Source: a virus. From it: DNA of 64,000 nt. The notes below the pieces were generated by a model. It worked only from the letters and a program-made list of their open reading frames with translations, had not been told where the DNA came from and did not search any database. Shown one piece after another: positions 1 to 10,352 of the stretch. A program made the position numbers and the translations under genes. Positions within the stretch are counted from its first letter, which is position 1. The number at the start of each line of letters is the position of its first letter. Where the stretch lies: positions 32,001 to 96,000 of IMG/VR virus record IMGVR_UViG_3300046168_000072; one strand, given 5' to 3'.

Positions 1-70
1 CTGCATCGCCCTTTTTTGCGTAACTAGGTAATACAGAATTTTTGTTTAATTTTTTAACTTTTAGAATCAT
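1..70 (-). CDS. dut: dUTPase, N-terminus (runs off the left edge)
   Basis: Manual translation MILKVKKLNKNSVLPSYAKKGDA matches the typical dUTPase start (LPxYAxxGDAG); preceded by a sigma70-type promoter. Confidence 0.8.
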   Translation of the reverse strand, partial: MILKVKKLNKNSVLPSYAKKGDA

Positions 71-84
71 AATTTATGAGATAA

Positions 85-113
85 ATCATACCATGATCTA
101 TTTTAAAAGTCAA
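85..113 (-). promoter_or_regulatory. sigma70-type promoter for dut
   Basis: TTGACT-N17-TATGAT with extended -10 TG. Confidence 0.7.
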
Positions 114-139
114 GACTTTTTAACACTTTATTTTAAAAA

Positions 140-652
140 CTACTCAGATTCTTGAGTATCAACTTTTTTCCAAACATGATGTCTGCATTTTTTGAGTGCA
201 TCAGAAATTCTTACATGAAAAATAGCTTCTCTTGTTTTATTCCTTCGGTATAATCTATTGTGCGCTGACCAACTATCTTTTACAAAAGGCAAGTCCCATC
301 TAGCGATGTTATTTGCTTGTATCCAATTTCTGAAATCATCTTTTTGAATCAAAACAAAATCATTTTTACGTTCGTATACGATAAATGTGCATTTTTTATA
401 TAGCCATCCATCTTTACCATACTTATCTTTCGCTTCGACCCAACCATATACGTGTTTTCGTCTTTTACTTGTTTTGATAATAGTCTTTTTAATGGCAAGA
501 GCAAAGGCATTCTTGGGATTGTCAGGCTTCCATATCACAAGATCAATATCTTCAGTTTTTTCTTTAGCGGTTGAACTACGATATTTAAATCCATTCTTTT
601 CTAGACAATTAATAAAAAAAATGAAGGCGTTGTTATTTTCGCGCTGTGCCAT
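140..652 (-). CDS. Hypothetical protein, possibly a divergent PD-(D/E)XK nuclease fold
   Basis: 170 aa; IDL..W and VE.K...GKDGWLY patterns recall small phage endonuclease-like proteins; GTGTA motif upstream. Confidence 0.4.
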   Translation of the reverse strand: MAQRENNNAFIFFINCLEKNGFKYRSSTAKEKTEDIDLVIWKPDNPKNAFALAIKKTIIKTSKRRKHVYGWVEAKDKYGKDGWLYKKCTFIVYERKNDFVLIQKDDFRNWIQANNIARWDLPFVKDSWSAHNRLYRRNKTREAIFHVRISDALKKCRHHVWKKVDTQESE

Positions 653-673
653 AATTATATATGGTACACTAAA

Positions 674-871
674 TTATCTAATTTTGTTAGGTTTTTGAGT
701 CTTCGTGACAGACACTCTTTTAACATCATTAGGATCGTACTCTTTTAATACTGATCGTAATTTTTCAGCTCGAATTTCTGCATCAGAAATACTTGTATAA
801 TTTGTATCTTCGATACGGCGTTTATTTCTAGTCACAACATAAAATGTTTGAGATTGCTTTGTGCTTGTCAT
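674..871 (-). CDS. Small hypothetical protein
   Basis: 65 aa ORF tiling with neighbours. Confidence 0.6.
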   Translation of the reverse strand: MTSTKQSQTFYVVTRNKRRIEDTNYTSISDAEIRAEKLRSVLKEYDPNDVKRVSVTKTQKPNKIR

Positions 872-872
872 G

Positions 873-1298
873 TCATATATTATATGGCGAGACCAAGCTT
901 TCTTCTAGTAATTGTTCAGAAATACTTTTATATCCAACCCAAGGTTTTGCATTTGGTTGATTATTATATAAGTCACGAGCATAAATATATTTTATATCGC
1001 CTAGGATTCTGCCATATTTTCCTTTTCTATCAAGAAAAGTTTTAATTAAAAGACCTTCTGGTTGAGAACTTCCATGCTTAAGCAATTCAATCAATCGTTT
1101 TTTTGCAACCAACCCCTTTTGTTTTTCTTTTATTCTTTTTTGCTTGTCTTTGATTGAGCTTTGCAATCTAGTTTCTGGAGCATTTATGCCGTAAAGCCTA
1201 ACACGCTCTTTTAGGGACACTCCAAAGCCGAGATCGATAATACCATCAACAGTATCTCCGTCAATCACTCTAGTAAAAGTAAAATGATATTGATGCAT
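873..1298 (-). CDS. Thermonuclease (SNase-like) family protein
   Basis: RVIDGDTVD, RVRLYGINAPE and GKYGRILG motifs. Confidence 0.85.
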   Translation of the reverse strand: MHQYHFTFTRVIDGDTVDGIIDLGFGVSLKERVRLYGINAPETRLQSSIKDKQKRIKEKQKGLVAKKRLIELLKHGSSQPEGLLIKTFLDRKGKYGRILGDIKYIYARDLYNNQPNAKPWVGYKSISEQLLEESLVSPYNI

Positions 1299-1678
1299 TA
1301 ACGTTTATAAAGAGCGTTAAAAATTGACTCTGATTTTTTTCTTAGAGAATCTCTAGATTTTTGCTCGGCTTCTCGCAAAGCTTGCTCAGCCATTTCTTTT
1401 TCGGTTAATTGCTGTTGGGCATTATCTTTTTCACGCTTTAATTTTTCTAGCTCAAGAATTTTAGCTTGTTTCTTTTCGGCGTCTGCTTTTTCTTGTTCTG
1501 GAGTGCCTTTTGCGACAATTAAAAATAAGACTTTTTGTGTTGGATCTGAGTTGATAAGATCTTCAGAATACTCAATTAGATCAAGCCATTGTTGCTTATC
1601 AACCTCTACATAGTAATCGCTGCTTTTAATTTCATCGGGCAACGAGCTGCTAGTAATTAAAGCATAATCGAGACTCAA
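1298..1678 (-). CDS. Hypothetical coiled-coil protein
   Basis: 126 aa, E/K/Q-rich C-terminal half; TAATG coupling to next gene. Confidence 0.6.
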   Translation of the reverse strand: MSLDYALITSSSLPDEIKSSDYYVEVDKQQWLDLIEYSEDLINSDPTQKVLFLIVAKGTPEQEKADAEKKQAKILELEKLKREKDNAQQQLTEKEMAEQALREAEQKSRDSLRKKSESIFNALYKR

Positions 1679-1679
1679 T

Positions 1680-1883
1680 TCACTTCCTCCAATATAATCT
1701 GACTAGCCAATTTCCATCGGCCCCGCATGTAAGTTTTTTGTATACAGATGCGCCAATAGGCAGCTGACTTAAAGCTTCAGCATAAGCTGAAGCTTTAGTA
1801 ACGCCAGAGCCTATAGCGGAGCCAAATATGTTAGCGCAAAGAGCTTGCCCTAAAAACAAAGATAGCACCAAGAGCAGTTTCAT
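1680..1883 (-). CDS. Small secreted hypothetical protein
   Basis: Signal-peptide-like MKLLLVLSLFLGQALCA. Confidence 0.55.
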   Translation of the reverse strand: MKLLLVLSLFLGQALCANIFGSAIGSGVTKASAYAEALSQLPIGASVYKKLTCGADGNWLVRLYWRK

Positions 1884-2200
1884 TATTGCAAACTTTCTGG
1901 CAAATCTTCGTCAACTACAGGAGCAGAAGATGCTACAGGATCGCCATCCAAGATTTCGTCTGACTGCTCTTCTTTTTTGCTTTCTTGATAAACAATAAAA
2001 TCAGGAGCTTTTTCATTTTTCTGCTTACCCTTGTTGGTAAATACAACAACCCTGATTTCTTGCTCAGTCCCAAACTCACCAAACTTTAAGATGCCAGAAA
2101 GGTATTTTTGGCTTTTGCCATCTCGTCTCCAAAGAGCGCCGAGCTCGCGTTTCTTCCAATCGCTTTGTTGCGATGTAACAGTATCATTATTATCATTCAT
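1883..2200 (-). CDS. DUF736-like protein (possible ssDNA-binding protein with acidic tail)
   Basis: GALW...YLSG...KAPDF pattern; acidic C-terminus. Confidence 0.6.
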   Translation of the reverse strand: MNDNNDTVTSQQSDWKKRELGALWRRDGKSQKYLSGILKFGEFGTEQEIRVVVFTNKGKQKNEKAPDFIVYQESKKEEQSDEILDGDPVASSAPVVDEDLPESLQ

Positions 2201-2392
2201 AATTGTTTATTAATCATTATTATACATATTTGACAATTTGTCAAGGAAAATTCTTCGCGCACCAGAACTCAAAGCTAAGTATTGCTTTTTAAGCTTTTTA
2301 AAAACGCGTCTTTGGGCAGGATCACCGCTTTCATAATTTATAATTCTTTTAATTTCTTTAGAGATTTTTTGATTCATAGTGTAAAAAATATA

Positions 2393-2701
2393 GTGAATGT
2401 AATAATAGAGGCTTATCTATCTGAACCTCCAAGCTCGATACATTGCTTTAGGGATGTTACATTATATGCAAATTGCATGATAAATAAAACTGTTTTAGTT
2501 GAATGTGAGAAATTTGAAAAAGACATGTATTACAAGTGGTTAAAATCTTTTGGCGCTTATGACTTTGTAGAAGATATAGTGTCTACCAACAGAGAGCAGG
2601 GATTTAAGATAGGATTAAATAAAGGAAATATTGCTGTAGACAGAATAAACGAAGTTAATTTAAACGAGATCATAACAAAATTAAAAATTTTAGATAGATA
2701 A
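2393..2701 (+). CDS. Hypothetical protein (probable GTG start at 2393)
   Basis: In frame with ORF 2282-2701; GTGTAA motif at 2379 just upstream of the GTG. Confidence 0.55.
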   Translation: MNVIIEAYLSEPPSSIHCFRDVTLYANCMINKTVLVECEKFEKDMYYKWLKSFGAYDFVEDIVSTNREQGFKIGLNKGNIAVDRINEVNLNEIITKLKILDR

Positions 2702-2941
2702 GTGGGCGTCGATCATATCGTAAACATTATCATTATGTTCTCCAATAATTGGGTTACCATATCGATCTTTAATAACGTTATAAAAATGTTTTTCAACAAT
2801 TACAATCTTAGCGGCTTTTGTGTAAATGTCTTCACCGAATTTATCGATAAAAGCGGATCGAAGGCCATTTAAAACTTCATTATGATCTTGATTAAATGCG
2901 AATTCAAAATCTAAATCGTCAGATGATATTAAAATTAGCAT
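2690..2941 (-). CDS. Hypothetical protein
   Basis: 83 aa ORF. Confidence 0.55.
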   Translation of the reverse strand: MLILISSDDLDFEFAFNQDHNEVLNGLRSAFIDKFGEDIYTKAAKIVIVEKHFYNVIKDRYGNPIIGEHNDNVYDMIDAHLSI

Positions 2942-3069
2942 TTTTCTTTGTTTTCGGTTGATTTATGAATGCAATAAGCTATAAACATGCATAGCGTAAC
3001 AAAATAAAGAGAGCTTTCGTACTGTGCTAGTGCGAGCATAAAAGAAAAAGACACGATAGGTAAAATCAT
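2935..3069 (-). CDS. Small membrane peptide (44 aa, not in ORF track)
   Basis: MILPIVSFSFMLALAQYESSLYFVTLCMFIAYCIHKSTENKEKC; ATG 6 nt after a TTGACA-N17-TATACT promoter; overlaps next start. Confidence 0.5.
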   Translation of the reverse strand: MILPIVSFSFMLALAQYESSLYFVTLCMFIAYCIHKSTENKEKC

Positions 3070-3075
3070 AAACGA

Positions 3076-3104
3076 AGTATAGAATATTTATAATAATTTG
3101 TCAA
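3076..3104 (-). promoter_or_regulatory. sigma70-type promoter (leaderless)
   Basis: TTGACA-N17-TATACT, ATG 6 nt downstream. Confidence 0.7.
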
Positions 3105-3107
3105 GCA

Positions 3108-3644
3108 TTATCTGTATTCTTTTCTCAAAAGCCTCCAACGATCCGAATCAATTGGCTTGTCTCCACTATCAATAGCATATAGCATTTGAATTACTTCTTC
3201 AAGACTATTATAAATAAATTTGTGAGGCAGCATTCCAAGCATCCATAAAGGAGTCTTAGCTTTTCCACCTTCCATGCTAATAAAAACAGGCTTTTTCATA
3301 CGTACTGCAGTTACAATTTCTTCTGCGCTCCCCCAAGATGCAACATCTGGAACTAAATGAGCAATAATAAAATCACTACGATCAACTAAATTTAAGTCAT
3401 ATGAGCGCACTGTTTTCATTTTATCAGTTACTCGATCATACTGCTTGGTCTTCATCCAAGTTTCCATTTCTTGACGAGAGGCTTCATCCTCTTCCACGTC
3501 TTTTATGAATGGCTTTTCGTATGGATTAAAACAAGTAACCTCAAGCGGCGCAAGTTTTTCAGTCACTTCTTTCCTCCAATCTCTGCCACTAAGATATTGC
3601 ATGTGGCCAACTAAATATGTTCGAGTTTTATATAATAAATTCAT
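3108..3644 (-). CDS. Nucleoside 2-deoxyribosyltransferase / N-glycosidase family protein
   Basis: YLVG.M, DWR, FNP, DL..VDRSDFII and SWGSAEE motifs. Confidence 0.7.
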   Translation of the reverse strand: MNLLYKTRTYLVGHMQYLSGRDWRKEVTEKLAPLEVTCFNPYEKPFIKDVEEDEASRQEMETWMKTKQYDRVTDKMKTVRSYDLNLVDRSDFIIAHLVPDVASWGSAEEIVTAVRMKKPVFISMEGGKAKTPLWMLGMLPHKFIYNSLEEVIQMLYAIDSGDKPIDSDRWRLLRKEYR

Positions 3645-3650
3645 ACTACT

Positions 3651-3679
3651 AACGTAGCATAAAGCCTATCAACTGTCAA
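3651..3679 (-). promoter_or_regulatory. sigma70-type promoter (leaderless)
   Basis: TTGACA-N17-TACGTT with extended TG, ATG 6 nt downstream. Confidence 0.65.
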
Positions 3680-6144
3680 GAAAATTTAAAAATTATTTCT
3701 GTTTTTGGCTTGAGGACTTTAATTGATTTAAAAGAATCTCTGCCAGCTTCTAAGATTTTTTCTGACAACGGGTTGGTAATTTTTTCCTCTATGACTCTAG
3801 GTATAGGTCTTGCCCCATCTTTAAGCGCCAAACATTCTTTTGATATTAAATCTTTGACAGGCTGACTAATAGATAAACGAATGCCTTGATCTTTAAGTCT
3901 AGATATTAATTCATGCAAATGTAGGTTAACAATCTTGCCGTAATTATCATCATCAAATGTTTTAAAAATTATGATTTCATCTAATCTATTAAGGAACTCT
4001 GGACTTAAAGCTTTCAACGCTTCTTTTTTAACTCGATCTTTAATTTCTTGTTCTTGATATTGTTGTGAAGCCGCCGCAAAACCAACTCCAACATTTCCCT
4101 GTGCTATTTTAGAGCCTATATTGCCAGTAATAAAAATTACGCAATTTTTAAAATCAATGTCTCTACCCATGTTATCTTGAATCTTGCCCTCGTCTAAAAT
4201 TTGCAAAAGTGTTTGAGTAACATTTCCATGCGCTTTTTCTATCTCATCAAACAATATAACGCTATAAGGCTTTTTACGCACCTGCTCTGTTAGTTGGCCT
4301 GACTTTTCATAACCAACATAACCTGGAGCTGCGCCAATCAATTTTGAACCAGTAAAACTATCGCTGTATTCACTCATGTTAATGTTAATAAAATTTTCTT
4401 TGCTACCGAATAATTTTTCGGCAACTATTTTCGCTGTGTGAGTTTTCCCTACTCCAGACTGACCAAGCAATAAGAAACTACCAATTGGTTTATTTTCGTT
4501 TTTTAACCCAGCTTTATTTCTGATTAAGGCTTTGGCTATAGCTGAAATAGCTTCTTCTTGACCTATAACAATTTTATTAATCTCTGATTCAAGATTTAAG
4601 AATTGCTTTTCAGAAGTTTCGGAAATTTTATCAACTGGAACATTAAGTTTTTTTGATAATATAAAATATATATCTTCTTTTGTAACTGTAAAATTTTTCT
4701 TCTGATTACTATCGCTCCATCTTTTAAGTATTTTTTTATAATCTTTGAATAAAATATCTTGTCTTGTAGATAAATCAGCTTTCGCTGCTACAGAAACACA
4801 TTGATCCTCTTCTTTCATTAAATGCTCAAGTTCTGCTTCTATCTCTAGCGCTTTTTTAGGCCTTTTAAAATTAGCGATCTTGACTTTTGAACCAGCTTGA
4901 TCCATAATATCTATGGCTTTATCAGGCAAATGTCTATCGTGAATATACTTCATAGACAAACTAACACATAAATCCAAAGCATCATCGTCATATTTTACAT
5001 TGTGAAACCCTTCGTAATTATCGACTATGCCCTTTAGAATTTTTTTACAATCTTTTGCGCTTGGCTCACTAACATTAACAGGTTGAAACCTTCTTGCTAA
5101 AGCTCCGTCTTTTTCGATATGCTGTTTGAATTCATTAAGAGTAGTAGCTCCGATGCATCTAATTTCACCTCTTGCAAGCATAGGTTTTAAAATATTAGCA
5201 GCGTCCATACTGCCTTCTGCCGCGCCTGCTCCAACTAAAGTATGAATTTCATCAATAAATAAAATAAGTTTAGGCAATTCCTTTAATTCATTAATTAAAT
5301 TTTTTAATCTTTCTTCAAACTGACCACGATATTTTGTTCCAGCGATCATGGCCGCTAAATCAAGGCCGAAAATATTATGACCTAGCAAATATTCTGAGCA
5401 TTCAGACTTTATAATGGATAAGGCAAGTCCTTCGACTAAAGCAGTTTTACCAATTCCAGGATCGCCTAAAATAATTGGATTGTTTTTAGTTTTACGACAT
5501 AAAATTTCAGTTAACTGATCTAAACTTTCTTGGCGACATATGACTTTACTAAATTTACCTTGAGCTGCTAATTCATTATAGTTAATAGCATAGGATTCTA
5601 AAGCTGTTTTTTTTGATGGTTTAGTCGATATTTGAGGAGCGTCATTAACTTCGCGATCATTAGTAGATGTTTTTTCAGCTTCAAGAGAGGTAAAAATCTG
5701 ACTAGACTCGAGCAAATAAGTTTTTATAGCTATAGACAAAGACTGTTTATTGATACCAGCATCTATAAAGAAATTTTTTGTTTTAGGCGAATTATATTGA
5801 ATAATAGCAATCAGCAAGTGTTCTGTACCAACATAAGATTGCTGTAAAGAATCTGCTGATTTATAAGCAATCCCTAAAATAGCTTTAAAGTCTTTGGTGA
5901 AAGGGATATTTTGTTTTTTTGATCTTCCAATTGGCATATTTTTCTCAATGTGCTCACGAAAAAAATCAATGTCATAACCGCTAAGATCAAATATTTCCCT
6001 TAGTAAACCACGGCTTTGAGAGACTAGCCCTAATAATAAATGCTCTACATCTACTTTAGAACACTTAAAGTCTATTGCAAGTGTGCGCGCTTTCTTGAGA
6101 GCGTCTTGAGCTCTTGGGGTGAAATTTGGAGTTGATTCCATCAT
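3676..6144 (-). CDS. clpC: ClpC/ClpB-type ATP-dependent chaperone (double AAA+ with Clp N domain)
   Basis: NFTPRAQ N-domain, GDPGIGKT, LFIDEIHTLVGAG, GAAPGYVGY, GQSGVGKT, LFDEIEKAH. Confidence 0.92.
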   Translation of the reverse strand: MMESTPNFTPRAQDALKKARTLAIDFKCSKVDVEHLLLGLVSQSRGLLREIFDLSGYDIDFFREHIEKNMPIGRSKKQNIPFTKDFKAILGIAYKSADSLQQSYVGTEHLLIAIIQYNSPKTKNFFIDAGINKQSLSIAIKTYLLESSQIFTSLEAEKTSTNDREVNDAPQISTKPSKKTALESYAINYNELAAQGKFSKVICRQESLDQLTEILCRKTKNNPIILGDPGIGKTALVEGLALSIIKSECSEYLLGHNIFGLDLAAMIAGTKYRGQFEERLKNLINELKELPKLILFIDEIHTLVGAGAAEGSMDAANILKPMLARGEIRCIGATTLNEFKQHIEKDGALARRFQPVNVSEPSAKDCKKILKGIVDNYEGFHNVKYDDDALDLCVSLSMKYIHDRHLPDKAIDIMDQAGSKVKIANFKRPKKALEIEAELEHLMKEEDQCVSVAAKADLSTRQDILFKDYKKILKRWSDSNQKKNFTVTKEDIYFILSKKLNVPVDKISETSEKQFLNLESEINKIVIGQEEAISAIAKALIRNKAGLKNENKPIGSFLLLGQSGVGKTHTAKIVAEKLFGSKENFININMSEYSDSFTGSKLIGAAPGYVGYEKSGQLTEQVRKKPYSVILFDEIEKAHGNVTQTLLQILDEGKIQDNMGRDIDFKNCVIFITGNIGSKIAQGNVGVGFAAASQQYQEQEIKDRVKKEALKALSPEFLNRLDEIIIFKTFDDDNYGKIVNLHLHELISRLKDQGIRLSISQPVKDLISKECLALKDGARPIPRVIEEKITNPLSEKILEAGRDSFKSIKVLKPKTEIIFKFS

Positions 6145-6157
6145 ATATTATTACACA

Positions 6158-8749
6158 TTATTCAGATTTAATATCACTAAGCTTCATATAAATTTTTTCA
6201 TCCATTATACTAAAGGAGTCAACGAATAAAATATCTTCCCCTTTGCTTCCGCGAAAAATTACAATACTATCTTTGGATAATCCTTTTGGATTTTTTTCAT
6301 TAAATTTAGAAAGGACTTCTACGCGATGCCAATTGCCGTTTTCACCCCTTGTATTTCTATCCATCAGCATGATTGGGTATTCTCCTACCTCATCTTTAAT
6401 CATTATTTTTAAATAATTATTACCATTTCTACTAGTACCTTTTATAAAATCAGATACCACCCCAATAAAACGGTTATAACTATCGCGCTCAAGATTTTTA
6501 AAATCAAATGAATCTCCAAACTTTTGATTATTTTCAGAGAAAACATCTTTTAATGCAATCGTGGGGCTATAGCCTAACAATTTAGTTTCAAAATACCAAT
6601 TAGCAAATTTCTCATACTTTTTATTTTTATCATAGATCTGCTTATAGAGATCATATTTTTTACGAAAAGTAGCAAAACGACTTTCTTTCATTAAAGGTTT
6701 GCCATCATCAGCAATCAATTGATCTTGAACTACAGCCTGTATTGTATTAAGAACATCCCAATTGTATTTTGGGCCTAAAGCTTCAAAGTTTCTTTTTTCG
6801 CGATCAGTTAAAACGTTAAACGATTGAGCTTCAAGCACCAACCTTGACCGACTCTTTTTGTGGTCTGATAAGGCGCCAGCTTGTATTAATGCTGAAAGGA
6901 TTCCTATATTTAGCCCAGCCTCTTTAGCAGAAAGAAAGATATCATACTTGTTTGGGTTTTCACTATTACGAAAATCTTTTAACGCTTGCAATGATTTTTC
7001 ACTGACTCCTTTGATACTGTTTAAACCAAAACGAATATCATCACCTTCAATTTTAAAATCCATATCAGACTTTGCCAAATCAGGAGGCAATAATTCAATA
7101 CCGAAGAATGACAACTCCTGACATACTTTACTAATTTCTTCATGAGGAGACGGTTCGTACTTCGCCATCTTTAATAAAGACATAAAAAATTGCTGAGGAT
7201 ATTTGAATTTAAGATAAGCAGTCCAAGCTGCAAGATTAGCATACGCAAGGCTGTGTGATTTATTAAATGAGTAATTTGCACTATCTTCAGCAACCCTCCA
7301 TAAAATGTCACCAACTGAAGAATCTAATTTATTCTCCTCGATTTTGTTTTCGATTTTTTCTTTCCAAGCTGGCATTTGATCAATTTTTTTCTTACCGACA
7401 ATTCGCCTTAACTGTTCAGCTTCATCAAGAGTAAATCCTATTTTTACAGCCATTTTCATCAACTGCTCTTGGTAAAGTGGTATCCCGCCCGTATAAGATA
7501 GTACTTCATCAAAAACTTGGTGCTGACTTTGGAATTCGCCTGTCTTTGAGTACGTTGAATATTGATCTAAAAATTCTAATGCACCTGGCCTTGCAATCGC
7601 AACAACAGCACTTAATTCCTCAAGATTCTTAGGTTTGATCTTTTTACAAACATTAAAGTTAGTATAAGCTTCGATTTGAAAAAGTCCTTGAGGCTGCTCT
7701 AAATTTTTAAACGCTTCATATATCTTAGGGTCATCTGGGTCAATCGATGCAATATCTAAATTTAGTTGCTTACATACATCATAAACCACGCTTAATGTTC
7801 GTAAACCAAGGATATCAAACTTTACCATCAGTTCTGCCACCCAATTCATGTCATAGCCACTTACCAGCGCACCTTCATTAGTAAGTTGCACAGGACATAT
7901 ATCTTCAAGTTTTTGAAAAGAAATAGCAATACCTGAAGGATGCACACCTGTATTTTTATTTAAACCTTCAAGCTTGCGAGCAATGTTAAACACTTCTTTA
8001 TTGTCGTTAACCCAACGCTCAAAAACCTCGCTTTCTTGATAAGCCTCAATCAAGGGAGCTACTTTACCAAACCGTTTTGGAATAGTATCGCTGACTATAT
8101 TAACTTCTTGTTCGGAATAATTCCCTGCGATCTTACCGCACTCCTTGATGCATAGTTTACCGCTAAGAGTATTTAAAGTTAAAATTTTTGCAGTCCTGCC
8201 AGGATATTTATTTTCGATATATTGAATGACTTCTTGTCTTCGCTCATAAGAAATATCATTATCAACATCAGCTAAAAGACTTCCATCTAAATATGTCACT
8301 CCATCTTTTTCTATTTTTCGAGCTCTACTTTTAGAAACAAACCTTTCGAAGAAAAGTTCATACTTAACAGGGTCAACTTTAGTGACGTTGATCAAATATA
8401 AAATTAAAGAGCCTGCCGCCGAACCTCTACCTGGCCCAGTAGGAATATCATTTTCATGACAAAAATTAAGGACGTCCCAATTCAAAAGAATGTAATCAAC
8501 GAAACCAAGCTTATTTAGGATATCAAGCTCCATCCTAGCTCGTTCAAGATACTCATCTTTTTTAGGATCTTCATGAAGACCTTTCTCTTTCATGCCATTC
8601 CAGCATAATCTTTTAAGGAAATCAAAGTTAGAAATGTCAGATGAAATGTCTAATTCTTTGTAATACCTAGCTTCAATATCAATTTCTGGCAAACGAACTC
8701 CAGGCGGACAGACATCTTCGTACTTTATGCAATTATTTACAAAACTCAT
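6158..8749 (-). CDS. dnaE: DNA polymerase III alpha, catalytic part lacking the PHP domain
   Basis: GPGRGSAAGSL, FFERF, DVDND, GVHPSGI, KFDILGL, YSFNKSH, IRFGLNSIKGV; begins at the PHP/palm boundary. Confidence 0.93.
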   Translation of the reverse strand: MSFVNNCIKYEDVCPPGVRLPEIDIEARYYKELDISSDISNFDFLKRLCWNGMKEKGLHEDPKKDEYLERARMELDILNKLGFVDYILLNWDVLNFCHENDIPTGPGRGSAAGSLILYLINVTKVDPVKYELFFERFVSKSRARKIEKDGVTYLDGSLLADVDNDISYERRQEVIQYIENKYPGRTAKILTLNTLSGKLCIKECGKIAGNYSEQEVNIVSDTIPKRFGKVAPLIEAYQESEVFERWVNDNKEVFNIARKLEGLNKNTGVHPSGIAISFQKLEDICPVQLTNEGALVSGYDMNWVAELMVKFDILGLRTLSVVYDVCKQLNLDIASIDPDDPKIYEAFKNLEQPQGLFQIEAYTNFNVCKKIKPKNLEELSAVVAIARPGALEFLDQYSTYSKTGEFQSQHQVFDEVLSYTGGIPLYQEQLMKMAVKIGFTLDEAEQLRRIVGKKKIDQMPAWKEKIENKIEENKLDSSVGDILWRVAEDSANYSFNKSHSLAYANLAAWTAYLKFKYPQQFFMSLLKMAKYEPSPHEEISKVCQELSFFGIELLPPDLAKSDMDFKIEGDDIRFGLNSIKGVSEKSLQALKDFRNSENPNKYDIFLSAKEAGLNIGILSALIQAGALSDHKKSRSRLVLEAQSFNVLTDREKRNFEALGPKYNWDVLNTIQAVVQDQLIADDGKPLMKESRFATFRKKYDLYKQIYDKNKKYEKFANWYFETKLLGYSPTIALKDVFSENNQKFGDSFDFKNLERDSYNRFIGVVSDFIKGTSRNGNNYLKIMIKDEVGEYPIMLMDRNTRGENGNWHRVEVLSKFNEKNPKGLSKDSIVIFRGSKGEDILFVDSFSIMDEKIYMKLSDIKSE

Positions 8750-9387
8750 ATTTCAATATTCCAAATCAATTTCTTAAATACTTCATAGTTTTTTTCGATA
8801 TCATATAATGCATCATGAAGTTTTGCGGCATTAAATCGAATGTCATATTTTTTACACAAATCAATTAACTTATTTTTTCCTTTTGAACGCTTCAATGATA
8901 GTATTTTATATTGCCATTGTAATAAATTATCACTAGATTGTAAAGCAATATTTTCATTAATTGCACGAGATAAAGATAGAGTATCGATTAACTGACTTAA
9001 GTAACTGTAATCTGGTTTTTGATTAAGAAGTCGGCGGCAGATTCCATGCATGTAAACATCAAAGCCTAATATATTATGACCGACCTTTAGGTATTCTGGG
9101 TCATATAAATACTTTTCAAAATGTTGGATTGGCTGAAGAGGATCAACTGCTTTTTCATCATGTTTCTTTTGTGTCCAACCCGTGACTTTTGCAGCTCCTT
9201 CTGAAACTTTTAAGTCATCCCATTTTAGCCAATAATCTTTCTTCTCGATTATACGATCATCGTTGATCACAATGAAAGCTAACTGCCAAGGCTTGTTTCT
9301 TAGCGAGCCTAAATTAAGACCACAAGTCTCAAAATCAAAAAATACATACTTCTGTTGTTTGTTAAATCTTAATAAATTTTTTCTCAT
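8746..9387 (-). CDS. dnaQ: DEDDh 3'-5' exonuclease (Pol III epsilon-like)
   Basis: DFET, GHNILGFD, IDTL and LHDALYDI motifs. Confidence 0.85.
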   Translation of the reverse strand: MRKNLLRFNKQQKYVFFDFETCGLNLGSLRNKPWQLAFIVINDDRIIEKKDYWLKWDDLKVSEGAAKVTGWTQKKHDEKAVDPLQPIQHFEKYLYDPEYLKVGHNILGFDVYMHGICRRLLNQKPDYSYLSQLIDTLSLSRAINENIALQSSDNLLQWQYKILSLKRSKGKNKLIDLCKKYDIRFNAAKLHDALYDIEKNYEVFKKLIWNIEI

Positions 9388-10352
9388 ATTTGAAAATGTT
9401 TTACATTTTTGAGAGAAGAAAGGTCATTTCCTCCTGCATAACTAATCGCGCTTTGTAGATCTTGCTCTATTTCAATCAATTTTTTCTCGTATGTCATTCC
9501 ATTATTTGCAATATGATTAAGCTTGCCTTCAATGTGTTTTCTATGACCTTTATTTTCATAACTAGCAGAGCCGAAATAAGCTTTATGAAAAGAACCATTG
9601 ATATCAACGGGAAGCGCTGGACTATCCACACAAGACGCGAACAAGCCTCCTGCCATAACCATGTCTGCACCAGCTACTAAAGCCTTAGCGATATCACCAT
9701 TACATGCTATTCCTCCATCTCCAATAATAGGTATTTTTTTACCCGCATCAAAATCATCACGCGAAGCATAGCAATCACCACAATTTTTAACACAAGTAAA
9801 CATTGGAATCGTAAAACCTGTTTTGTCTTTTGTTGTGCAAGGAGAGCCTTGGCCTATTCCGACCTTAATAATATCAGCGCCCCAATTAAATAAATCAACA
9901 ACAGCATCTGGGGTTGCAACATTACCAGCAATAATTATCGCATCAGGTAAATGTCGTTTGATCCAATTTATCATTATCTTCATTCTTAGGGAATGTCCAT
10001 GGGCTATATCGATAGTAAGGTAATCAACTCGATGTTCACGCTTACGAATCTTCTGGATAGCCATTTTATCTTTAGTTTTAACACCAACACTAAATGAAAT
10101 ATTATTCCATTCTTGAGCGTCAGCGACATCCTCAGCTAAATCGCGGTCAAATCGATGCATGATATAAAAATAATTATTCTCACTCATCCATTTCGCAATA
10201 TCAATATTAATAACTGACTTCATATTCGCAGGAATAATTGGGAGTTTGAATTTACAATTAGCTATTCCAATACTAGTATCTGCATCGGAACGGCTATGAC
10301 ACTCGCTATAACGAGGCACAAGACATACATCTGAATATTTATACGCTTTCAT
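9384..10352 (-). CDS. guaC: GMP reductase
   Basis: IPANM, YIMHRF, TIDIAHGHS, KVGIGQGSPCTTK.KTGF, YFGSAS, SAISYAGG. Confidence 0.9.
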   Translation of the reverse strand: MKAYKYSDVCLVPRYSECHSRSDADTSIGIANCKFKLPIIPANMKSVINIDIAKWMSENNYFYIMHRFDRDLAEDVADAQEWNNISFSVGVKTKDKMAIQKIRKREHRVDYLTIDIAHGHSLRMKIMINWIKRHLPDAIIIAGNVATPDAVVDLFNWGADIIKVGIGQGSPCTTKDKTGFTIPMFTCVKNCGDCYASRDDFDAGKKIPIIGDGGIACNGDIAKALVAGADMVMAGGLFASCVDSPALPVDINGSFHKAYFGSASYENKGHRKHIEGKLNHIANNGMTYEKKLIEIEQDLQSAISYAGGNDLSSLKNVKHFQI

